This document shows positions 8,865 to 20,700 of a stretch of 54,379 nt of DNA, piece after piece. Position 1 is the stretch's first letter. Each line of letters opens with the position of its first letter. Source of the stretch: Phoronis australis (Eukaryota > Animalia > Phoronida); the NCBI GenBank assembly GCA_002633005.1, contig NMRA01000025.1:941338-995716 (forward strand), in the 5' to 3' direction. Below the pieces are notes generated by a model. That model was not told the DNA's origin. It was given only the letters and a program-made list of their open reading frames with translations, and made no database searches. The translations under genes and the position numbers were made by a program.

Positions 8865-11722
8865 GTAAGTTAAAGCATGTCTTGCTTTTACATGACAAAC
8901 AACTCTGGCACTGGTTGGATGATATAGCGGTCCCTGAATCACTGAATCTGAACATTGACAAAGTGGGTCGTTGTGATTTATCATAATTCATCGCCAACTT
9001 ATCATTTGGTCCGGGCATTGGCTGTTTGACTCTTAGGCTTGCTTGAGTCGAGTGAGTGCAAGAAAACTCAGAGCAGTAACATGGTCGCTGGAGGCACAGG
9101 CGTCCTCAGCTTCAGATCGTCCCCAATACACTATATGTATACTACTATTACTACGCTGGAGGATACGAGAGAGCCTTGTGCGTTTTACTTACAATACTCA
9201 ATAGCTGATTCACCAACCTGACCTGTTTGGCTGAGTAGGCTATTTGATGTACCTGTTACCTCTGCACCACATATTTCTGTGCATATTGAAGTTCAAAACT
9301 TTTCGGGTGAGTTATAAATGTTTTTTGGCTCATTTTCCTGATTTGTCAGGTCAAAAACAAAAATTGCTTTATGATTTCAATAGGTACGGTAAAATTTCAC
9401 CAATTTCAGACAAAAAAATAAGTGTCAAAATTCTTCTTTTTTCTCTTTTCAAAAGCTTCTTACACAACTCTCACTCGTCCTAAAGTGGTGACTGTTTTTA
9501 TCATGTTGACCAATGACGATACTTTAGTTTCAAAACAATTGTTGGACTGATTGCAAAAATTGGCTTATTTGCCTGCCTTCTTTCTATATGTATATCCAGG
9601 CTGCTGAAGGGTGCCCTCAATTTAACATCTTTTTATACAGATAGTGTTCTCAGCATTTCATTACTTGATATACATTCACGTTCTTTCGGAATCCTCTGTT
9701 AATTGAAAGTGCCTTTTATCTTCCAGGGGTGGAGTCAAGCTGCTGTCGCTGTCTGGTGGCCATGGCGATTTGAATATGATTATCTCTGAACTTAATGATG
9801 TCAAACATTCATCCAAAACTTTTACGAAAGCTCAGAAATCAGGTATACCCTTTTGTTTATCACTGCCAACAGGGTTTGTGGATATGTTTTGGAGAAAGTG
9901 GTGTGGACAAAAGGCCTTCTAATGTTGATGTTGCTTGGGCTGTGTCCCCTCGAAACTGACAACAATTTTTTTGGGGGTTCGCTTTGTTGAGTGTGGTTGC
10001 GCTTAATGAAAATCTACAGACCTTTGGAGGTATTCTAAGTTTTTGTTTTTATTCTGAATGCACTTGTGAGAGACTTAGTAACGATTGCTTAAATGAGTAG
10101 CATAATTTTCAGTATGGGTGGTCTGGTATCCTGAAAGTGCAATTAGAATGTTTAGGTTGGCTGGTTTCCGTAAGTTCTAAATGATCAGTTCCATGTAAGG
10201 AGTACATTTTGCATTTAATACCATGCCAAACTTTAATTGGTTGTTTTCTGTGTCTGCTTGGGACTACTCGTAATAGTCACTTGGGGGTGGCCTCTGCATT
10301 TTGATAACCAGTTTACTCCACTGATCGATGTAGCACACATCAAACTGGGTCTCAACATCTAGAACCCCTGTCAGTGACTATTGCTGCAAAACCTCAACAA
10401 TTTGCAGTGCAATAAAGTACCGGTGAACTTAATGCTTAAACCTTTTTGTTTGTCATTTAGTAAGATTCATCATTTTGAACAATTATGGACATTCACAGGA
10501 ATGTTGGAAACTAGAAAAAGTTCAGTTTTGGCAATAATTTTTTTGGGGGTTAGTGAGAATCTACTAGTACCACCATTCTCTACTTTAGCATGGCAACTCA
10601 ACGATTTAAAATGTGCTTCTGAAGAGTAGGTTGTTTAGCTGCCAAAATCGTTCTTAAATGTAAACAATCTGAGGTTATGTCTGGGTTCTAGAGTCTCTTG
10701 TTATGTGATAGCCACAGATTTCCCCAGAACAAATGATAAGTGGCTGTAAATTTTTTCCTTATAATATTCACAACTGGCAACTGTAAGTAGATGGTAGTGT
10801 AATTAAGTTACAAAGTTTGTCTTGTTTTTCGGTATCAGGTGCTGTTGTTTTGGTGAGTGGATATGCTGGGCTGTACTTGTTGGTCTACGGTAAAATTTCT
10901 TCAGTTTGGAACGTATATATGGAGATCAAGTGAAACTTCATGTTGTCAAATTTCTCAACCTAATTGACAACAGGAAATTTTATTTTGCTTTTTGCTTGGT
11001 TTGTATGGTGTAGCTATTACCATGTGACGTTTGGTAAAATTTTGAGCATGTGCAAAAATGTAGTAAGACTATGAAAAAATAGAAAAACGACAATTTTAAC
11101 AATTCTTTTTGTCCCAAATTGAAAAATTTTACCGTACCTAAGTTTGGCGTCATTTACCTGGAGCTACACAACATTGTGTCATATTGGAGCACAGCTCTTT
11201 CATGCTTACATGACATCATATTTTACAAGTACATAGTCAAGAATACAAAGGGTCTAATTAGTTGTTAAATTTTTGCCACCATTTTCTGAATGTCCCAAGT
11301 GCTCTTTCTGTATGAACAATATCAAAGTTATAGTGCACGGTTGCCGGAATTAAGTGCCTTTAAGGTGGGGTTACATCATGTATATCAGAATTCTCTCTAT
11401 TAAGTACATGTACATTTAAATGCTTGACTTAAGAAGTTTAATTTCTTTTGAAATTTAACTTCTTATTTCTTTGAAATTTAATTTTTGAGAAATAAAAATT
11501 GTCGAATATAAATTAAAATACCATGTCAAAATCAAGGAAGAATCCGTGTGTTCCAAACCTGATATTTAAACTTGCATTATCTGGTGCTCGTGAGTGCTCA
11601 GATTACAGTCATGTCATGTCGAAACAGGATATTTACTGAACTGTTACAGTATCTGATAATTTCATGTGAATATTTTTACTCCGGGAAATATGATGCTCTG
11701 GATTTTATCAGCTGTGTGTGTG

Positions 11723-11757
<35 letters not shown>

Positions 11758-14700
11758 GTGTCTGTGCGTGTGCGTGTGTTTATTCAATGACGAGCGTGGG
11801 TCCATTGGTTTTTGTTTTGATAATTACGGTACAGTTCATTGAAATGTACCACAAAAAGGTAGATTAAATGATGAATTACATGGAGGGGAAATGAGAAAAC
11901 AAGAATACCGAACATTCAGTGTAGTTGGTCCTTTACGTAATGGACAAAAAGCTGTCATGACGATGTGACTGGCAAGCTAATGCTACACTTTTGTAATTGG
12001 ACAGTGATTAAATAATGTGCAAACGGTATTGTCAGTCAGTGATTATGGTTGCGATTATAGAATTGTAAAATGTAACTCACTAGCGTTCTGAGAGCACAAG
12101 CATGACTTCTGTTTGGCCCAATATCAAGACCAGTAAAATAAGATGATATGAAATTCCTTTCATTCACAAAATTTAATGGCTGGTGATTCAATGTGAATCA
12201 TCTTTCTATTTTGCAAATGGTGATTTGATGCCATGGCAATAGCACAGAATTAAAAATGCTGTGAAATTTCTCTGCTTCAAACTCTACGTACACGTTACAT
12301 ATAAGTTGCGTGACATTGCACATTTGCTAACGAAGTCTTCGTAACTCCATAAGCGATCATATCTCAGAAAAGGATGATGAAGTTTTTACGAAACTTTCAG
12401 ATTCTTTCTTTTATGCACTGTTATCTAAAGTGCTGTTAGAATTAAATCAGTTCTTGGCCACAGTAAGATTAAAAACCGGACGATCGCCGCACAAATGACT
12501 ACTCTGTATCTCTCACTTCACTTCATGGATGTCACCTGATATGTATGTTGGCACTTTTTGTCCTATTGAAATATCCTGATGCTGTCTACGGTAATGAATA
12601 GACGAAACGTTGATTTATCATGAACTTCTTCATTTGTGCGGCGATCGTCCGGTTTTTAATTTTTGAGAGATATTTATGAGGGGCTATAAAAATTCAACTT
12701 TTGTTAATTTCTTGAAAAAACTTAACATTTTCATTAAGCAAAACTTGGTCATGTTACAAATGTTGTGTTTAATGTACCTGTCTTTACTAAATGTTACTAA
12801 TAATACAAGGTCAAACTCAGAGGTACAAGGCTGTCAGTTGTCACTCAAATCGAATCTCCCGGTGCCAGGCAGAGAGCAGTTCTGTTTGTATCCTAAATCC
12901 TTTCATTCACTGAATCACCATAGTATTGAGTCAACGAGTTGTACATAGCATAGAAAGATGCTGCCAAAAATGAAGACAAAACGTTCTTATCCCAAAGGAT
13001 TTGTGCATCTGCATGCATGCTAGTACAACTGTTGAGAACGAATGCATCAACTCTTAAGTCGTTGCACCGCCTCTGTCACTTTGTGTTCACTAATGCAGCA
13101 AGTTGTTAAAAAATATTAATCCTCTCCAAAATTCATTATTTGGATTGGTAATTTAACATTTGGCTGTTTTGATCTCGTGCTCACATTGCGCTTTAACCAC
13201 CAACTTGATTTCTGTCGTCCATTTTGTACTTTGTTTCTTGGCTCCGCGGCGCATGATATGTATTCAATGAATTGTTGGTCTACTTACTGTTGGTTCCGCC
13301 TTTTGACCTAGTTAACTCGAGGGATATGAAACCCCACGTACAAAATTAAAGCATTTTAGTAATAATTAAGTTAATTACCCAGTTCTAATTTCATTTGACA
13401 TTGCAAATGAATGTTGAAATAGCGAACAGGTTAAGACATGTATAGGTTGTATTGACCGAAAGCAAGTTTTCACTGGAAAATGGCATGGCGAATTTCACCG
13501 AAACTTTCTGGTGTTTATATTTATTCATCAATCTCAAAAACACGATTAGGATTTTCCTTTTATACACATAATTTTTGCGTACTGTAAGAGAGACGAATAC
13601 GACTGATATTTTTTTACAAAAATATCCTATGCTTTGTGAGATAATTTGGTATAGAAACAAAACTGAACGTCAAGTCATCAAAAATTCCTAGCTGTGTTTT
13701 TGAGGCAAATTGAGAAGTTTAATTTTAAAAGGGTTTCATTAACATCCACGAAGAGGTTACTTTGCTGTGAATGAACTTTTTTAAAACGGAAATTTGTCTT
13801 AAAAAGGTGGTAATAATAATGGTACATAAATGTACTGGTAAAACATTATTTTTTAATCTCTGATCTTTTTTCTTTCAGAATATATATACTTTTACTAGTT
13901 TGTATAGCCTGGTTTTTGTATACGAGTTAGGATGAAGGTCACTAAATAAGGTTTGAGATAACCGCGCAGTACAGCAATTACCAGTATGTCATGATTGATC
14001 AGGTACATTTTGTGTTTATGTGTCAAGACAGATTGAATTAATTTTGAATTTTCTCATCTGTTTTCTCATTGGCTGTTGAGCCAGTTGTCAGATCATACTG
14101 TGGAATGTTGTGTCACCCACAGGTAAACCTTTGTGTACCTATCCACCCACACACACTCACCTGTATTAGTTATCTTTTGTTTACCTTCCCCACTGCTCTC
14201 TCTGTACTTTCCTGTATGGTAATCTTATGAGCTTAATAGAGCTTAATAATTGTATTTTTATGCTGTTGTGGGTAAAGTGCATAGTATTGTTTTTGAATTT
14301 AGAAATATTGCCTTTTTTCGTCTTGAGATAAAAAGTACATGACTTCATTGCGTTATGAGGATGTATAAATTAAACAACAAAATTTAACTAATTAATATGT
14401 TTAATCATAAACTATTGTACATGGACCGCCAACTCTGTGTTTGTTCTCAATGAACAAGAGCTATCTTTTTGACGTTTTAGACCTAATGAAATCAAATTAA
14501 AGTGCTAAAATTAGTGAAATGCTAACAATTAGGCCAAATTTACATAGGACTGTAATCTGCTGAGCCCTTACTAGAATAAGGACCTGGTGAATCTTTAAAA
14601 TTCTTCTCAACTCCCTGGGAGAACATATTCAAGGTACCTAAACTACTAGTACACGGTTAACGGACATAAACACGGTCACAGATGCATGAACACGACTCAC

Positions 14701-17700
14701 GTACCTACAAACACCCTTCACTGACTCACAAACACGGGAACGGACTCACAAAACATGATCCCTTCACCCAAATACACGGGACATGGACTTACATTCACAA
14801 AGAAACATGGTTAACGGACCGCCAAACACGGGTCACGGACTCCATGGGCTACCTGGGTCAGCTGAAATCTACATTTTGTCTGTAAACCATGTTTGGCGGT
14901 CCGTTAATCGTCTTTCTTCGTGAATGTGAGTCCGTGTCCCGTGTATTTGGGTGAATGGATCATGTTTTGTGAGTCCGTTCCCGTGTTTGTGAGTCAGTGA
15001 ACGGTTTTTGCAGGTACGCGAGTCGTGTTCATGCGTCCGTGACCGTGTTTATGAGTCCGTTAACCGTGTAGTTTTGGTACCTTGATATTGCCTGCAAACC
15101 TCGTTGGTCCGTACCTGTGAATTCAAGCTTAAATTTTATCAAAGTTTCAAGTGCTAAAATGCCTACATCAAAAAATTCATGTCGGCTGCTGTATGTATGT
15201 CTGGCCCTCAGTAGCCAACACTGTTATTTCCTTGTGCACTGCCAAAACCAACGTATTTTGCAGCATATTAGACAGAGAGCGTCTCAAATTCTGATTTTAA
15301 AGTGATTTATATTTTTTTCTAAGCCGTTGGCTCTGATCAACACATTTGGATTGTTTCATGTATTGTAACCCTGTTTTAGTCTGTCTGTTTTAGTGTCAGT
15401 ATTGTCACGTGTTGAATTATGAGACAGAATTTACTATTTCTGTTTCACAAGCAAAGACTTCTTGTCTTACTAGTAAGTGCCTCATTAGTGTGTTGCCTAT
15501 ACACATCCCCATAAATACTTCTTGTCTTAACTTAGTGGCAACACACTTATAGGCACTTAATAAGTGTCTATAAGTGTGTTACCACTACACATCCCGTATC
15601 CATGGAATACTTCTGAATTGTACATATAAATTTCTTCTCACATGTTAATTTTTTCTGATGCCTAACTTTAATTGAAAATGTTCGAGGTAACTGTTAGGGA
15701 TATTGCGGTTTCCTTTTCAGTTGTTGTACTGTACTTACCGATCATGTGATATCTGTAAGTGGTCATGTGCCGTGGACAATTGAATCTGTTCTTAGTGAAA
15801 TTTTCCAATCATGCGCTTGCAATGTGTACAAGGAGCAGATGGGGAAGGCAGCGGTAGATAATGATTCTGAAGCAGGATGTGACTTAGCTGCTTTTTGTGT
15901 TGTTCATTATTTCATTATCAGTTTGGAATTTTACCGAAAATGAAAGCAAATGTTTATTGCGTCATGAACAAAGTGTTTATATTATCCTCTAATGTCAATC
16001 TGATTTCAAGTCACACTCTTATGTCTATTTTACAAGTGCATACACAACTTAATGGTAGTTTCATGTTCATCCTGCAACTGGGACGATGTTGTACATTAAA
16101 ATGTGATCAAGACAAAACACTGTTGAGTGGAGTTAGGTGGCATTCCATCAACATTTAAATGCCATCACATTTATATACCATCTGTGGTGTGTGTGTGTGT
16201 GTGTGTGTGTGTGTGNGTGTGTGTGTGTGTGTGTGTGTCTGTGTGTGCGTGCGTGGATTTGTTGGTAACAGCTAATCACTTCAACTTATGTTGAACATAA
16301 CATTACATTGGGATTGTTAAAATTTGCTCTTTTGAAAATGTATTATTTTCTTTTTTTGGACTTATACACAATGAGATTTTATCTTTTTTAAATTGATACG
16401 TGATTTGCACATTATTAATTTAAGAAAAGTAAGGATAGGATAATGCTGCTTTTATTAAAAAAATGTGTTACAGCTCATATAGTTCATATTTTTAATAAAA
16501 TTTAAATAATTGTGTAAAATTATACTGCCTTTTATTGTTATTCTGTGTGCTGCTGTTGTATTTGTAATGACCTTCTTACATGCAAATGACTTTCAAATTG
16601 GACCCATGCTACTGAATATTTATGATACTGTACTTACAAAGCGTCATTGGACCCGTGCAACTGAATATTTATGAGACTGTACTTTTAAAGCGTCATTGGA
16701 CCCGTGCTACTGAATATTTATGAGACTGTACTTTACCAAGCGTCATTGGACCCGTGCAACTGAATGTTTATGAGACTGTACTTACAAAGCGTCATTGGAC
16801 CCGTGCTACTGAATATTTATGAGACTGTACTTTACAAAGCGTCATTGGACCCGTGCTACTAAATATTTATGAGACTTTACTTTACAAAGCGTCATTGGAC
16901 CCGTGCTACTGAATATTTATGAGACTGTACTTTACCAAGCGTCATTGGACCCGTGCTACTGAATATTTATGAGACTGTACTTTACCAAGCGTCATTGGAC
17001 CCATGCTACTGAATATTTATGAGACTGTACTTTACAAAGCGTCGGCTCTATGTATGCATCTTTAATAAATATTAAAAGCCATAGGTGTATTATATTATCA
17101 ATATGGTGAAGATGTAGTCAGTCAGTGTTCAAAGGCACGTCTAAACATGGACCCAGCACAATGTATTTTGTGAACATGAATGCAAATATGTGAAAATATT
17201 CAAGAGCTGGTTTTCATTATGAATGTGGCAACTGACTTCACGGCAGACAAGGGAATTTTTTTTGTCAAATTTCTCAGCAGAAATAAAGATTATTAAGAAA
17301 ATGTTGCTCTTTTATTAGCTTGTTTTGCATTGTGTAGATATCATAACAACATTGGTTTGAGGTTCTGTTATTTGCAACAAGTTAAAAATCAGCCTCTGAA
17401 AAATAGAAAACCCACATTTTGGCAAAAGATATATTGATGTTTTATCATACCTAATGGCATCCCTAGTCACCTTAATATGCCCTTTCTTTAACTTATTTGT
17501 GTCAAATGGCACAAAAATGCTGCGTTGGGCAAACACTGGACAATGGGTCTCTTGGAATTTATCGGTTGACAAACCCAACCATGACCATTTTGTGTGTTTA
17601 TTTCAGCTGCTGAATATCACATGCGATGGGCTGCATTTGAACAAAACAGAGCCATTCAGGTATGAAAATTGGTATCCAATTATACACATTGTTTCCATTC

Positions 17701-20700
17701 AAGTATGTACAGCAACCGGTGCGGTGCGTATCTATGGTATGCACAACCCAGCTACGCCCATTCACCTTCAAGAAATAGTATCTATGCTTCATTAATGCAT
17801 TGGACGTAATTTACCAAAATTTATCAGAAACTTTCAATGTGATTCAAAATAACACCAGAATCAACGGAAATGATTTTTTCCAAAGAAAACCTAGTCTAGA
17901 TGTCTTTTCACCAAATTTTCTGTTGTTATGATCCAGATTAATTTTATGCAGTAAATGCGCTGTCCACTTGCCCATGCTTACTAAGTGCCAGTAGGTAACT
18001 TGTTTATGTGCTTTGATATAAATTCTCCAGTAATGTGGTGATGAGTAAGTTGTCAGGTTTTGTCTAACGTCATGATATGTGCAGTTAAAAACTTAATGCC
18101 AATAATTTGTACAGCGCACTCCTTCCTGTGTTATCTGTGTTGTCAGTGATTTACGTTTGCCTGTAGGATACCGCCATGCACATGCTAGAACTGAATTCCA
18201 TGTGGACGGAGGCACAGCAGGAGTTCACACATCAGCTAAAGGAATATCGGTCTACGTTCGAAAGAATTCTGGAAGGAGAAAAACGTGTAGACCTGGCCAA
18301 GAACAAGTTGGTGAGTTGTGCTTATTTGCTAGTTGTTAATCAACAAGGTACATGTTTCACGACCTTGTTGGGTGTATTCACGTCATATCTCACTCCAAAA
18401 TTATTTGATCAAACCATTTTTTATTTTTCGGGTCATGCTCCATTTTTCGATATCATTTTATCGTTTCTAAGAGCTGTTTCTAGTCCATAATTTTATTTGA
18501 ATTTTGTATGTCTGTGTCGTTTTCTTATCAATTTCACTTTTCTTGTCATTCAGTAGCTGTTTCCATTTTTATGCATCCCCATATGTAGGCGTATAATGCC
18601 ATCGTCCTTGTCCGTTTGTCCAGGTTTGTGTTCATCCGCCCAGTTGGCCATCATTTGTTAGATTTGGCATATAGCCATCTATTAAGGAAGTGATGATGCC
18701 TTCCTGATTTCGGTTGGATTCGTTGTATTCTGGTCATTTTTACTGTTCTCTATTTTCATGGCGTCCTTTTCTGTCTATTCGACATGATTTTGGGATGGTT
18801 CTGACTGTTGTGGTGTCCCCTTGTGTCAATTTAGTTGTTTTTCCCCGTGGATCTATATTTACAAATGATGGATATTCATGAAATTTGGCAAATGAGTTAC
18901 TACCGTGTAGATGGCAGCACCTGTTCAGTTGCTTACATCCCTAAAGTCTTTTTATTATTTTGTGTCATCTGCCTCTCTATCCTCTAAACTGCTTCAAGAA
19001 TCATGATGAAAGTTGGCAGTTGTGTTCCTGTTGAAGAGAGCAGTGTCGTTTAGTAGTACTGCTCCCTCTGTTGGGAATGTTTGAAATAATGACCGTCTGT
19101 TGTATTTGTGCTGTAAGAGATGCACACGGAAGTCGCACATAACACTTTGCGTTGCTCTTGCATTTTTCAGTGTCAGTGTGAATCAAAAGAGGGGAAAATA
19201 AAAAAGGAATTAAAGAAATGTGCAAAGGTAGGTCCAGTATTTTAGAAATTCTAATCTTAAACAAACTTCAATTGATAAATTAACAGACTCAAAGGCTTCT
19301 TAAAATTTAAAAAAAAACGCATGCCATGAATGTGCAGTTTGATAGTTTATTGACTATCAAAAAGCTGCCTATAGTTGTTATAGTACGCTTTGTTTTGACT
19401 GTTACCTGCAGTCACAAACCAAAACATCTCAATGATTCTGATAACTGTTTTCTTTTCAGAAAGCTACTCAGGACGAAATCCGTGTTTTGGAAAATCGATT
19501 GATGCAAGCGGAACAAGCGCGGGACTTAGCACAATTAGAGCGTAATAACTTTCCTCCGATGCATTATGTTTTGAAATTTGATTTTGAACATATGCCTTTT
19601 TCTGCCTCTAGATGTCAAAGAACTTTAATCATCCGTGTACTACTAGGACTATCATAAAATTTTCTTTGTTGAACACTGCATTCAAAAAGACGGCTTACAA
19701 GTTTTGACAGATCATGCAAAGTCGCGTTCATTTTGGAAAGTTAGTGATCAGCCTGGCCTATCAGTGCTAATAAAATGATGGTCACTGAAAAGTGACAGGA
19801 AGATTAAGTGTAATGTTGAATTATGGGGGCAACTCTGTCAACATCTGCCCTGCGCACTACTGCTGGATTAAGATATGTAACAACTAGTAGATCACAAAGG
19901 ATTTGCCTGCTAAATATTTTGTTTTGGAGCATCTTTAAGTGTATCGATTAGCAAAATAGTTCTTCAAGTATAGGAAATCTCTTAAAAATGTTGCAACATG
20001 TTCTGTTCCACTTATTGCTCCTTAAACTCTAATTTTCTTTGAGTAGTCTTCATTTCGTTTTTATGTGCCCTTCCTGAGATGGGCTGTGTTATGGTATAAT
20101 TAGAGAAAGAAATTTCATCCAGATAGCACTATGACGTTGGACATTTTTGACCAACTTGGTCTGTGGTTGTCCTCAGAACGATGGATAGACTTGTGGTCAT
20201 GTGATCTGATTTCTCGCCTAGGAGAATGATGTCACAGGTTTTTTATGCGCTCACATACTTATATGTGAACGCATTATGCCCTCGTCTCCGTCTGTCCGTC
20301 TGGCGTCTGCTGCTCTATCTCCAAAACTCTCTAACGTATGTTCCTGAAATTTTGCACATATGTTCTTTTCATGGATGGGACGACATGATCGAACTTTCGG
20401 ACAGATCTGAATACTGGTGTGCCCCCTAGTGGCAATTTTATTTTTTTACGCTTACCTCTATATCTTCTAATTTCTTCAACCTATTTTCATAAAATTTGGC
20501 ATGTAGGCATCTATTAGTGAGATGACGCTATCCTGTTTTCGGATGGATTCGACATAATTTTCTCTAACAACAGACGACGACGTCTTTCAAGCAGATCCAA
20601 AGAATGCTGTGCCCCATAATGGCAATTTCATTTTTTCTGTTTTCCTTGACAGATTTTTATGAAATTTGGTAAATAACTTTCTATTAAATACGCAATGGCA

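Noticed and set aside
16597-17043. CRISPR-like appearance of regular arrays (also 1-127, 22662-22797, 51300-51835)
   Set aside because: Units are contiguous with no unique spacers, no cas genes, and the context is eukaryotic.
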